A DNA stretch of 64,000 bases. Origin: a virus. This document shows positions 29,229 through 39,410 of the stretch, piece after piece (the first letter of the stretch is position 1; every line of letters begins with the position of its first letter). The stretch is taken from IMG/VR virus record IMGVR_UViG_2077657010_000001, positions 1-64,000 of that record. One strand, written 5' to 3'. The notes beneath the pieces are model-generated. The model searched no databases. It was not told where the DNA came from and saw nothing but the letters and a program-made list of their open reading frames with translations. Both the position numbers and the translations under genes were made by a program.

Positions 29229-32200
29229 TTAAGTGCGTTTTACATTAATTCGGTCGTCGGTGAAATACGTCACAGTGTAATGGAGTGGGTATTTAGTATG
29301 ATACACAGTCCAACTCACCATTGCCTTGACATACACCTTAGCAAGGATATTGCTACCTGCATCCTCGGTACGGAATAAGCTTACAGAAATACCTGCGCCA
29401 GAATCTTGAGCTTTTGATGGGTTGATTTGGACGATATACTTGTAACCTTCCATCCCCTCAGCTTTAGGGATGAGTAGCTCAGACCATTGATCGTCATCTG
29501 AATCCGTACCCGGCATCATTACCTTCCCCGATTGGACATGCATCCGATTGGACCAACTGTGCAGGTTACGGTACAGCTCCATGGATGCGTAATACCCACG
29601 ACCATCTTCATCAGGGCGAATGATGTTACGCCATGTTGAGTTCGGTTGCGAGCGCGCTATATATCCAAACTTATTCTCACCTCGGAACATCTTCAGATCA
29701 GCATTACTTGATATATCAAGCGTATGCTTAATATCTGTACCGCCTTGCCCTCGGAATTTGGTGGCTTCAATTGTGAAAATATCACCGACACGTGTTATTG
29801 ATAATACACGTTCTGGAATTTGATCCCAGCCATATTTACCACTATGACCTTTAAAGCTAGCTAACACATTACTCTCATTGGGTGTAGAGTGTCGTAAATA
29901 CCCGTGAACGCTATGAGTATCTGTACCACACACATCGAATGATAACATATGCGGCTCGCCATCAATTTCCTTATATGCAAGTATTACACCAATGAAGTCA
30001 TCGTCCGCACTTGTAGATGACACACCTGTAATGAAACGGTAGTCACCAACCACATCAGGACTGACAAAACCGACCCATGAGGAAGAGTTGGTGGTATTAC
30101 GCATCTGGTCTTTCGATGCGTTAAACGACCACGTTTCCAACTCCTTAGGTATTGCTGGGAACGAATTGCCCGCTTGGTATGAAACACGCTTCCAGGTATT
30201 GAACACTTCCTTGAATGTCGCAACCTTCAGGTCATGCTTCATGGGCTTATTCTCAACCAACCCTAACCCTAAACTGTCTCGGTTGATTTTAGACATATCT
30301 AAGTCGTGTGGTGTTGGGTCTTCTAAGTGTTGCTGGAACTCTCTAAAACTACCTAGACGTGTCACACGTTCGGCCTCTAGTTCTATAATACTAGTATCAT
30401 CGGTTTTACAATAACCAATATATACAGTATCTGAACTATCACCCACCTTATCCGGTCTGATGATGTATCGTGGATTTCCTCCCTGCGCAGTCACATATAA
30501 GTAGAATGTGTTCGACTTATAGGTTGTTGGGAAATTGTCCGTGAGATCAATAGCGGTTTCAGGGACATTATACACTACGCCACTTGTAAAGAATTTAATC
30601 TCTTGTGTGAAATAGATATTCCACCCAGAGGCGACTTGTGATGTATGTAAAACAACTTTACCATGTGTAGTACCATTATCGATAAAATCCACCCAGGTGT
30701 CTGCAGTTTTACCGATTTTGTTACCGAGCACTGCTGTGAACGAGTTATCTTGGATTTGCTGGACAAGACCATACTCTTTGGTGACGCTCAGAGCGCGATT
30801 GGCATAATAACTATAGGTATTATGTCGCTTAAACTTATCCACCTCGCCTGTGTCTAAATCAACGACCGCCAAAAACCCATGGTGTCCAGTATTAGCGTGT
30901 AATGCTAAGCCCTGATTGAACGCGACCAGTACCTTGCCCGCTACCCTATCGTACATGATACCACCATTGGACACCCAGCTACGTGGATAACTGGACGTGC
31001 CGCTAGGACTGGTTATTGTTCTCGGCTCGATTATATAATCTTTAACCTTAACATTCCCGACATCTCCCTCTCTCGGACAGTCCTCTAAAGTACCCGCGCA
31101 GTATGTCGATAGATAACCGCCCCCTATCTTATCATGTAACCCTCCACCGATAAAGAATGGCGGGATAGCTTTATCTTTAGGTATAAGGATAACTGCGCGC
31201 GCATATTTAAACGGGTGATCTGTTTTAATTTTCTTTAGCTTTTCACTCACCTCGCGTTCTAACGATTGTAGGTTATCATCAGTGATGGATAGCTTACCGC
31301 TGAAATCAAACCCATCACCCGCAGTGTAGAAGTTTTCTTTGACATGACCATTAAGGACACCGCCAATTAACTCCTCTTTATCGCCATCGATAACGTAAAC
31401 ATTCCTACGCAATCTAATATCATCATCCTTTGTACGGTCAGTGGTCGGGCCAAAACCACCCAGTCCATTTTTGTAGGTATAGTTAGGCTCATAACGGCAA
31501 AGATTGGAGCCATTATCTGCAAGCAGATAGTTGTTAGGTAGGAATGACAAGTGCTTTTGCATCGTTGTTACAATACTACCAAAGTTACCTACAATTCTAC
31601 GGGAATTCCCAATATGATCAATGCGACGTGTATCAGCATTGAGACTATCGAAATAACTATCCGCTTCCCACGATTGGGCAACTACTTTGGGTGTCCACTC
31701 GTTAAACGTTCGCATCACAAAAGCGTATTTACCGTCAGAAACTTCTATACCATATGTGTTACCACTGTGACCATACATCCGCTGAAAGGTACTATTGCGC
31801 GTCGGCCCGCCATACGCCCCTTTTTCACGGCTAACATAAAACGGGAAGTTATTATTAGGATCAACGACCTGAGTGTTGTTGTCTAGGTTTATAGTAACAC
31901 TATATGACCAATTACTGCGGTGTGAGCCGTTCGAACTGTTGTGATAAGTTCCAACCGATACAAATAAGCGTAATCTATTACCTTCCAACCAACTTGCTAT
32001 TCCAAGACCATTCCAAGTAATGTTGATATTGTATTCGGAAGATTCCCTCACACACACCACATTTTCATTAGGATCGTCCGACCAAGATTTATCTGCAAGT
32101 TTTAACTCATGTCCCGATCGCGGCTCGCCAAAGAAGTTGTCGCCACTAAATGTAACTTCTTCAGGGATAACGATGTTGAAATTGTCAAACTCACTTAGCG

Positions 32201-34388
32201 GAATACGATGGAAGGTATGCCATACCCCACTAGTCCGGTCAATAACAACCTGGACAATGTAGCAATATTCCCCATAAATGAAGGGTATAGCGTCACCGTA
32301 AAACACGCCATCCACAGCAACACATTTATGCTGTTTTCCATCACCCGTACCGTTGAATAACGTCACCAACTTATAGGTTTTATTACCATTGGTTGCGTTC
32401 AGTATCATTGCGGTTCTAGATGCCCTGTACGAAGACTTTACATCCCAACTATCTGGAAGGTTCCCTGGTCGGTATTGTAATGCAGTGGCCACTAAGTTAC
32501 GCATACTACCATCATTGTTCAGATCTGCATAACTGTAAAACACACCGGACATATCAACATCTGCACCGTTTCGGTAAATAATGAGACGTTTACCATTTTC
32601 AATGTATGCAGACACTACTCGGGTTCTGCGCTGGTGTCCTGAACCTTTATACGAACCTTGAACAGGTACGGGCAGCCAATCATTACCACCATATTGCGTA
32701 ATATTTAATGCATCTGATGGAACATGACGTTTAGCAGATTCAACGATGTTATCTGCACGGTCACGCAAGAGCTTCGCCATCTCAAGTGAGACAGTGATCT
32801 CACGATCACGTACACTTTCATCATCCGTAAACTTGGTAATACCTAATACGGTAGGCGTAGCATTAGGGATACCCATCTCTTCAAAGGTGTGGCTATGCAA
32901 ACCGATGGCTTTACTGTCCATCACTTCAATGTGGTTATTATTCACCGGCATGTCTTTATCAGACAAGTTGTGCACGTTACCTAAGTTTACATCGTCTGCA
33001 TCAATTTCAATATTACCTGTCAGGGGCTTGCCGTTTATTTTACGGCTAGTTGGTACCTTGCTACGGATTATATCCGCTAATTGGCCAGTGGCCTTACTTC
33101 TCGCGACTTTGGTTTTATCCGTACCATCGATTTTATCTGACGCTACCGCATCACCTGTAACCACATCCGTGGCTTTAGGGACATACACTTCCATTTTAAG
33201 CGGATCACCACTAACCCCTTTCCCACTAAATTTGAGTGAGGGTGTATCTTTGGTGTGTATATCAATGATGTATGTACCTGCATCCGGGAAGCGCTCGTTG
33301 AGGTTTCCTTCATGCAATATATGTTTATCATTGATTAACAAGTCATCTGTTTTATTTTTGCCACGCGATGTGATAGTTAAAGCGTTATTACCTGAGACCA
33401 GACTTAGCTTCAAACCTGGGTGTTTTTTCTCAGCATCTGCATGAATATATGCACCGACTTTACCTGACGTGATAAAGTCATCAGACATGGCTTCCATCTG
33501 GAATTGTGTTTCATTGTCTTTATCAAATCCCAATACAGCCAGACCGTCCTCAAGTACAATATCTCCTTTAAATACATTCCCACCCCGTAATAAAGCAAAT
33601 GGGGCCAGGTCGTCCTGTACAATACCGCGTTCATTGATATATGTGGTGAGTTCGTCAATCAACATACCAAATGCGCGATATGTATCTTTAGCCACACCTT
33701 CTTTATGTAACGCGTCTGCATGATACCACTTTGTCCCGTGTGGGTTGTCGGTATTATCGCCGTGGGTCAATAATGTAGAATCATCCACATCTTTTTTAAG
33801 GCGCTCAAACCAATCTACCATGATTTCATAAAGGTCATGGTTCTGTGGATCTTTATTGCGGATAACTTCTGCAAGTTTATCTAGGCCTACTTGGAGATCT
33901 TGCTCATCAATAAAGCTTTCACGGTCAAATTGAATTTCTACATCTGGGAAGAATGGGTCATCATTTAATACCATTTCCCATGATTCTAATGATGGATCTT
34001 CCATGCGATTGTTGAGGTAATCGTCAATCACCTCACGAGACGCCGTGTATTTCCATCCTAGCGTATGGCACGTGATTTCTAACTCACCGTGTAGGTTAGG
34101 ATTAATGATCCACACACCGCCATTCAGACGCTTACCCGTTTGAAGAATACCACGATGGTAACGGTGTGTGATGTAATAGTCTACACCTTCTGTAAGTTTA
34201 TTACCGTCTAACTTAACATCTAATACCTCATCATAAAAGAAGGGTGCCGCATCAGGGATGACAACACGATAGTACCCCACCGTTTCAAGCGCTTTATTGC
34301 TTGATGCTTTTGATAGGGTATAACTCGCAGTAACAATGTTATTTTTGTTACTGTTATGCGGGTCAAAATCATACGCAAATTGGGGCAT
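29229..34388 (-). CDS. Long tail fibre / receptor-binding protein with C-terminal thrombospondin-C-like domain
   Basis: ATG 34388 after GAGG; NPHG.., LGNVHNLSD and LNITQYGG..LPVPV.G.Y shared with 20245-25347. Confidence 0.85.
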   Translation of the reverse strand: MPQFAYDFDPHNSNKNNIVTASYTLSKASSNKALETVGYYRVVIPDAAPFFYDEVLDVKLDGNKLTEGVDYYITHRYHRGILQTGKRLNGGVWIINPNLHGELEITCHTLGWKYTASREVIDDYLNNRMEDPSLESWEMVLNDDPFFPDVEIQFDRESFIDEQDLQVGLDKLAEVIRNKDPQNHDLYEIMVDWFERLKKDVDDSTLLTHGDNTDNPHGTKWYHADALHKEGVAKDTYRAFGMLIDELTTYINERGIVQDDLAPFALLRGGNVFKGDIVLEDGLAVLGFDKDNETQFQMEAMSDDFITSGKVGAYIHADAEKKHPGLKLSLVSGNNALTITSRGKNKTDDLLINDKHILHEGNLNERFPDAGTYIIDIHTKDTPSLKFSGKGVSGDPLKMEVYVPKATDVVTGDAVASDKIDGTDKTKVARSKATGQLADIIRSKVPTSRKINGKPLTGNIEIDADDVNLGNVHNLSDKDMPVNNNHIEVMDSKAIGLHSHTFEEMGIPNATPTVLGITKFTDDESVRDREITVSLEMAKLLRDRADNIVESAKRHVPSDALNITQYGGNDWLPVPVQGSYKGSGHQRRTRVVSAYIENGKRLIIYRNGADVDMSGVFYSYADLNNDGSMRNLVATALQYRPGNLPDSWDVKSSYRASRTAMILNATNGNKTYKLVTLFNGTGDGKQHKCVAVDGVFYGDAIPFIYGEYCYIVQVVIDRTSGVWHTFHRIPLSEFDNFNIVIPEEVTFSGDNFFGEPRSGHELKLADKSWSDDPNENVVCVRESSEYNINITWNGLGIASWLEGNRLRLFVSVGTYHNSSNGSHRSNWSYSVTINLDNNTQVVDPNNNFPFYVSREKGAYGGPTRNSTFQRMYGHSGNTYGIEVSDGKYAFVMRTFNEWTPKVVAQSWEADSYFDSLNADTRRIDHIGNSRRIVGNFGSIVTTMQKHLSFLPNNYLLADNGSNLCRYEPNYTYKNGLGGFGPTTDRTKDDDIRLRRNVYVIDGDKEELIGGVLNGHVKENFYTAGDGFDFSGKLSITDDNLQSLEREVSEKLKKIKTDHPFKYARAVILIPKDKAIPPFFIGGGLHDKIGGGYLSTYCAGTLEDCPREGDVGNVKVKDYIIEPRTITSPSGTSSYPRSWVSNGGIMYDRVAGKVLVAFNQGLALHANTGHHGFLAVVDLDTGEVDKFKRHNTYSYYANRALSVTKEYGLVQQIQDNSFTAVLGNKIGKTADTWVDFIDNGTTHGKVVLHTSQVASGWNIYFTQEIKFFTSGVVYNVPETAIDLTDNFPTTYKSNTFYLYVTAQGGNPRYIIRPDKVGDSSDTVYIGYCKTDDTSIIELEAERVTRLGSFREFQQHLEDPTPHDLDMSKINRDSLGLGLVENKPMKHDLKVATFKEVFNTWKRVSYQAGNSFPAIPKELETWSFNASKDQMRNTTNSSSWVGFVSPDVVGDYRFITGVSSTSADDDFIGVILAYKEIDGEPHMLSFDVCGTDTHSVHGYLRHSTPNESNVLASFKGHSGKYGWDQIPERVLSITRVGDIFTIEATKFRGQGGTDIKHTLDISSNADLKMFRGENKFGYIARSQPNSTWRNIIRPDEDGRGYYASMELYRNLHSWSNRMHVQSGKVMMPGTDSDDDQWSELLIPKAEGMEGYKYIVQINPSKAQDSGAGISVSLFRTEDAGSNILAKVYVKAMVSWTVYHTKYPLHYTVTYFTDDRINVKRT

Positions 34389-34489
34389 ATGTGTTACCTC
34401 TAAATAGTTAATCTTTATACCGAGTGGCCTTTCCATCCGCACCACCCGCACCTACATATTATGACATCCACATTGCTTTTGGAGTACAC

Positions 34490-35728
34490 ATGGCGTCTAA
34501 TTATACGATTGCAGACAGGCCTGCAATTGCACGAGAAAGAAAGACAAAAAACTGGGTGGAGGTGTCAATCAGCGATGTCAATATTAGTCGCCTGTTTGAA
34601 CTCTACCGACCTATTTATATACCATTAGATGACTTATTTGGTAAAGAATTAACACTTAACCTTTACGACTATGAAACAAGCATTGCACGTAAAGACTACC
34701 CTATCAGTGAGTGGTTAGAACTCATTGGTGATATGGCATTAACTGTCAGTGAGGGTTACCCTGAACTTCACTTCGGTAAGGTGCATTACGTTCCATCGAC
34801 TTACCATATCGGGACATCGCTTAAGATGGCAAAACGTGATTACGATCCTAGCCATGATGTTGCCGTTGAGGATATGGACGATTTGATTATATCCTTACCT
34901 GATATCGATCCATACCATTTAGCTAAGAATGTTCTGTTCAGTGTTGATGGGTTATTTGTTCCGGCTAAATACCAAGACTACGGAGCTAGGCTGTTAAATG
35001 CTGGGGAGATGATTCGATTCGGTAAGAAGATTGAATTGGGTATGCTTAACTTTGAAGATGTGGGGCAGGTTGATGTTGAACCGATTACCGCTGACATGGT
35101 AGATAAAATCGATCCTGACAAGTCATGGTTTGACCGATTAATTGTCCGTACTAAACAAGACGTAACCAATAAAACAGTTGGTGTGGTGATTGGTGGGTAT
35201 TTACATTTACTTGACGGTACCGTTAACGTACAAGGCCCTAACACGGTTACCTTATCTTTAGGTAACTATGATTTCCTAGAACGTGTTAACCAAACAAAAG
35301 ACATCTTGGATCTATCGTTCATGGAAATGGATAACCTAGACACTATCGGGTATGTCAACCGTTTCTTGACAGAAGATAATGCACACAAATACCTCACGTC
35401 AAAATACAGCTTTTTGGTGATTATTGATAACCCTCACTTGATGCGTGAGTCTAGCGGTATTATGAATGTAGGCAAATTGGGTACCTACCTCATCCCGGAA
35501 CAACATCATCTTGGTTGGTTAATCGATCAATATGGGCGGGGATTAGAATACTGGCCTAAATACGAATGTGGGATGTGGGCACTGTCTACCTCTCGGTTTG
35601 AGTACCAAAGCTGGATGGCTGAGACAGTAGGCTGGGAGAAACTGATTGCTTTTAATGATGCGGCAGAGCCTTACACACCACATGAGGAAGTTGCACCTGA
35701 AATGGTCACCTTTTATGCTAAGGTCTAA
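34490..35728 (+). CDS. Probable conserved jumbo-phage virion protein
   Basis: ATG after GGAG, divergent from the fibre operon; LFSVDG and VIGGYLH motifs recalled from phiKZ-like structural proteins. Confidence 0.6.
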   Translation: MASNYTIADRPAIARERKTKNWVEVSISDVNISRLFELYRPIYIPLDDLFGKELTLNLYDYETSIARKDYPISEWLELIGDMALTVSEGYPELHFGKVHYVPSTYHIGTSLKMAKRDYDPSHDVAVEDMDDLIISLPDIDPYHLAKNVLFSVDGLFVPAKYQDYGARLLNAGEMIRFGKKIELGMLNFEDVGQVDVEPITADMVDKIDPDKSWFDRLIVRTKQDVTNKTVGVVIGGYLHLLDGTVNVQGPNTVTLSLGNYDFLERVNQTKDILDLSFMEMDNLDTIGYVNRFLTEDNAHKYLTSKYSFLVIIDNPHLMRESSGIMNVGKLGTYLIPEQHHLGWLIDQYGRGLEYWPKYECGMWALSTSRFEYQSWMAETVGWEKLIAFNDAAEPYTPHEEVAPEMVTFYAKV

Positions 35729-35731
35729 TTG

Positions 35732-35753
35732 GGAGGCTACGGCCTCCTTTTTT
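35732..35753 (+). terminator. Intrinsic terminator
   Basis: GGAGGC-TACG-GCCTCC plus T-tract. Confidence 0.85.
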
Positions 35754-35768
35754 ATTTGCCATGATTGT

Positions 35769-35841
35769 AAAAAATTTCAGATATATATCATCGTAGTGAA
35801 GAGAGAAGACAATCCCTCTTCATCACGTGCATACTGCACAA
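35769..35841 (+). repeat. 73-bp promoter plus structured leader repeat, copy B (contains promoter copy 4, 35777-35798)
   Basis: 69/73 identical to 14058-14130. Confidence 0.9.
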
Positions 35842-35866
35842 TGTTTTTACTATGGAGAATAAAATT

Positions 35867-36412
35867 ATGCGCAATATCACAGCGAGTCAAGCACTTCAGG
35901 TGCTTCTAGAGAAAGTCAATGCGGAAGGCATTGACTCATTACAAAACGCGCTGCAGTTCACTGTCACCAGTGAACATGACGCTGAGATTGCTATGCAAGT
36001 TGCTGATGCAATAAGCGACCGTAACGATGCTGTGCAAGATGCACAGCAGTTAAATGGTAAAGTGGTAGTTGTCCAGTTGGGCAACTATGGCGATAGCCAA
36101 GGTGCGGCCTTGGCTAAAGGCCAAGTGCTGTCCGCGATGTTTAACATGGGGGGCGGGGTGACATACCTCGTCGCCACACCGAAAGGTGTGGCTGCAGCTA
36201 CACCCGTGCGGGGTGGTGGCAATATGTACTCCACGCACTGTATGCCAGTCCCAGAGTATTCCGGTTGGATACTCCAAAACTGGGGACTTGACATAACTGA
36301 TCATGAAGATGCTCTTAATGAGAGCACGCTTCTAGGTGATAACATCACCGACGATAGAGTGATGATGAAGTTAATCAAGGAAGCCTTAGAGGACTTCCTC
36401 TATGAAGGCTAA
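35867..36412 (+). CDS. Putative early protein
   Basis: ATG 35867 after TATGGAGAATAAA (same RBS context as 14557). Confidence 0.8.
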   Translation: MRNITASQALQVLLEKVNAEGIDSLQNALQFTVTSEHDAEIAMQVADAISDRNDAVQDAQQLNGKVVVVQLGNYGDSQGAALAKGQVLSAMFNMGGGVTYLVATPKGVAAATPVRGGGNMYSTHCMPVPEYSGWILQNWGLDITDHEDALNESTLLGDNITDDRVMMKLIKEALEDFLYEG

Positions 36413-36421
36413 ATAATATAA

Positions 36422-36451
36422 AAGAGGGAGCATTAGCTCTCTCTTTTTTTT
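36422..36451 (+). terminator. Intrinsic terminator; 30-bp direct repeat copy A
   Basis: AAGAGGGAGCATTAGCTCTCTC-T8, identical to 37248-37277. Confidence 0.9.
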
Positions 36452-36477
36452 GCGTATAATTCCTAAGGAGATTTAAC

Positions 36478-37236
36478 ATGACTACCAATATTAAAACTGA
36501 GGATCTTATTGCGTTCTCAACACGCAACGAGTTTTACACTAACATTTACATTGGACGCCACATTGCAACCATTCGTTGTAACAGACTACCTAAAACTGCT
36601 GTGAAGGCACTAAAGCAGTGTGGTCTAATACCGCACAAGTTAATTGACTTAGATTTCAATATCGGACTGGCCATAGTGGGTGACAATTATGCCTTTGTGG
36701 ATAAAGAATATCTCGACGATGATCAATGGCGTGGTATTGTTGTCACCAAAGAGCAGCTGTGCGATGTGTTCTGTATTGATGATATAGACATGTATGTTGA
36801 TCACTTAGATAGTGAGCACACTATGAGACTGGCAACGTACGAATCAGAAGACTTTTCCAGTGCTGAACACCTCAACAGTACTGTGACCAAGGTATTCAAT
36901 AACTTTAATATCATACACGCCATGCTCAGCGGACACACCCCAGAAATGAATACTGAGGTGCTTGTTGACGTCAAAGACACAATCCTCGATAAATCCATTG
37001 CAGAAGGACACGGTCGCCTATGTTGGGGGCGTATCGTTGGACATTCCAATGATGAGGTTATTGTTCAAATCGACAATAAGCAATTCTACTGCGCTGCGGG
37101 TAACTCAGTTAACCATTTATTCGCAACGGAGTTGTACGTTAAGGATAAATGTCCAACAACCTACTATGAGGTCGGTGATGTATCCAACCATAAATCCCGC
37201 ACAATGAATGCATTTCTTTCATTGTGTAAACGTTAG
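36478..37236 (+). CDS. Hypothetical protein flanked by identical terminators
   Basis: SD TAAGGAG; 252 aa. Confidence 0.8.
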   Translation: MTTNIKTEDLIAFSTRNEFYTNIYIGRHIATIRCNRLPKTAVKALKQCGLIPHKLIDLDFNIGLAIVGDNYAFVDKEYLDDDQWRGIVVTKEQLCDVFCIDDIDMYVDHLDSEHTMRLATYESEDFSSAEHLNSTVTKVFNNFNIIHAMLSGHTPEMNTEVLVDVKDTILDKSIAEGHGRLCWGRIVGHSNDEVIVQIDNKQFYCAAGNSVNHLFATELYVKDKCPTTYYEVGDVSNHKSRTMNAFLSLCKR

Positions 37237-37247
37237 TATAAGCTATT

Positions 37248-37278
37248 AAGAGGGAGCATTAGCTCTCTCTTTTTTTTT
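37248..37278 (+). terminator. Intrinsic terminator; 30-bp direct repeat copy B
   Basis: Identical to 36422-36451, with one extra T. Confidence 0.9.
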
Positions 37279-37531
37279 GCCTATTTTGTTTTCCCCTCAC
37301 TCTTCTTCTCTTTCTCTTCCCCCCTTTAAAATCCCCCTTTCTCTATCTCTTCTTCTCTCTCCCCTTTCTGGTCGCCTCTCCAGTCAGGGCCCCCCACATA
37401 GGGGCCCCCTTCCCAAGGAGCGGCTCAAAGGCGTCTTCAAAAGAAGACTAAGTGCGTAAAAAAATACAGGAAGTCTTCTAATCTCCCACGTATAAGATGT
37501 GGTATATACGTGGGTAGTAGATTAGAAGACT
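37263..37531. other. Non-coding polypyrimidine tract plus hairpin cluster (origin or ncRNA candidate)
   Basis: 37263-37369 has only 9 purines in 107 nt; hairpins at 37387-37407, 37433-37448 and a 23-bp stem at 37472-37531. Confidence 0.6.
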
Positions 37532-37542
37532 CTATTTGGGTT

Positions 37543-38550
37543 TTAATGGTTACTTGATCCGTAATGAATGTAATCACATTTTATATTTTTTGCCATTAAT
37601 TGGCCTGTCACTGACACATTCGATCCAAATATTGCATCTCCTTGGACTTCACAGCCGCCTCCTGCTGATGCACCGCCGCCGCCGACTGATAGGGCGGCAC
37701 ATGACAAGAGTCCCGTACAAGCCGTTTTAGGGGCATTAGATGTTACCTTATCAGCATTGAATGTAATTTGCTTTCCATTGATGGTGGTGGTATCAGTCGT
37801 CGCTGTCCATGTTTTCGTTTTGAATGTCATGGATTTACTGGCTTCCACTTTAAAGTCTTTACACTTAAAGGAGATGGTATTGACTGCGGTATAATTGATA
37901 CTGTCAGGGGCATAAGCATCAATACACTTTTTATCCAACTTAAGGTAAGTGCCATTCTCATTCTTAAAGCCGATAACCGTTTCATCACTGTTCATGTACA
38001 TGATGTTACCGACATTGTCTTGGAGGGTAAAGAAGCCTTCACCTGTATTGAGTTGTAAGGTGTATGAGAAAGGTTCACCGTTGGCCATGGAAGTTTTTAA
38101 TGTAATGTGCTTATCATGGGTAGATAGCTCTAACCAGTATGCGTTAGAGAGGTCATCTTTGATTGGGTTATCGGGATCGGCTGACCATGCATACAGTTTG
38201 GTCTCTAATCGCTTCACATTGGAGATATTGAAATCTGTCCAAAAGTAGTTATCCGTATCCCCTAACCGCCATATCAACACATGGTCATTTCGACGCACAT
38301 CTGGGGCAAGCATCGAATTAGAGTTGAGCTTTAACCATTTAGCTGGAATACTGTTGGTTCGTTTAACCTTGATGACTTCAGGTCCCTCATCCGTATCGTA
38401 CTGGTCTTCCACCAAATCAACCACATCCAATACATCCTCATCGATACTCATACGGTATTCGATAGGGAACACACGGATAGTTTTCGTGTTCCGAGGTTTA
38501 TTTCTAGCAACCAACCCCCAACTATGGAAATGTAATTGTGATAATTCCAC
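37543..38550 (-). CDS. Baseplate central spike protein (phiKZ gp164-like)
   Basis: OB-fold-type N-terminus (AKWL...PDVR..D.V.IW), beta-helix repeats, tapered Gly-rich C-terminus; lies near SbcC as recalled for phiKZ. Confidence 0.75.
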   Translation of the reverse strand: MELSQLHFHSWGLVARNKPRNTKTIRVFPIEYRMSIDEDVLDVVDLVEDQYDTDEGPEVIKVKRTNSIPAKWLKLNSNSMLAPDVRRNDHVLIWRLGDTDNYFWTDFNISNVKRLETKLYAWSADPDNPIKDDLSNAYWLELSTHDKHITLKTSMANGEPFSYTLQLNTGEGFFTLQDNVGNIMYMNSDETVIGFKNENGTYLKLDKKCIDAYAPDSINYTAVNTISFKCKDFKVEASKSMTFKTKTWTATTDTTTINGKQITFNADKVTSNAPKTACTGLLSCAALSVGGGGASAGGGCEVQGDAIFGSNVSVTGQLMAKNIKCDYIHYGSSNH

Positions 38551-38734
38551 ACACTGCTCCTTAATTAGAATAAGTAAATAAATATTGATATCGCATTTAT
38601 ATGCGGACCCACTATAGGAATTACAAGGATCAAAATGAAATCTCTTGATGAGATGGCAAAAGCATTTAAGGATTTTGCCACCGGCCTGCGAAAATTACAA
38701 GTTTCCATCCAACACCGTAAGGAGAATACCTCAC

Positions 38735-39307
38735 ATGGAAATCACAGAAAAAACACACTTAAACAATAAAGCATTACGTGAATCTGCAACACTTATCACA
38801 CGTTCCCCAATCAAATTAGCACGCTTTTTGTTTGCACTTGGACAAATCCCACATAGCGGTTTTCATGTTAATGAAGCAGGCACTTCGACGGGCAATGCAT
38901 TATCGTTTACCCATCAGCTTACCAATGACGATATGTTGCATATGAGCTTTTGGCATGATGCTGCACGCGTACAAACAAAAGCCGGTGGTCTTAACTGGTT
39001 AAATGGTCAGTTATATATGGGCCATAGTCCCATTGTGTCTTTTGAATGGGATGTGTATGTGGATGTCCAAACGTTACAATACACACTGTATGGACAACTG
39101 CTGGAATTCCGGGGTACGGATACGCATGATAAAGCAGTCCTATACTGCCAGGCGTTTCACCATTACGCTAACAAGTATATTGATGTCGGCGATGCTGTCT
39201 ATGAACCCGAGCACGCGTTTCAGGTGAATGAACACTGGCATGAACTTCTAGGCAAAACTATCCCATTGACTGATGGTTTGTTAGAAGATTTAGGCGTAGT
39301 GCGCTAG
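38735..39307 (+). CDS. Hypothetical protein
   Basis: ATG after TAAGGAG; terminator at about 39326-39358. Confidence 0.7.
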   Translation: MEITEKTHLNNKALRESATLITRSPIKLARFLFALGQIPHSGFHVNEAGTSTGNALSFTHQLTNDDMLHMSFWHDAARVQTKAGGLNWLNGQLYMGHSPIVSFEWDVYVDVQTLQYTLYGQLLEFRGTDTHDKAVLYCQAFHHYANKYIDVGDAVYEPEHAFQVNEHWHELLGKTIPLTDGLLEDLGVVR

Positions 39308-39410
39308 TCACCTCCTACAATACATGAGTGCGCCTTTGGGTGCACTCTTTATTTTTTTATCTGTGTCCCTTTCCTATAGTAACGAATTATACATCAAATA
39401 GGAATATACA

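Noticed and set aside
32746-33444. 232-aa + strand ORF and many other short antisense or alternate-frame ORFs
   Set aside because: Shadow ORFs of long genes with biased composition, no SD and no motifs
15811-34388. Diversity-generating retroelement or invertase shufflon acting on the fibres
   Set aside because: No reverse transcriptase or site-specific recombinase in the window, no adenine-specific template/variable repeat pair noticed, and all fibres are co-oriented
34389-34489. Apparent overlap of divergent ORFs ending at 34451 and starting at 34424
   Set aside because: SD-supported starts are 34388 and 34490, leaving a normal divergent intergenic region
37277-37459. 60-aa Leu/Ser/Pro-rich ORF
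   Set aside because: Translation of the polypyrimidine tract; TTG start inside a terminator T-run, no SD
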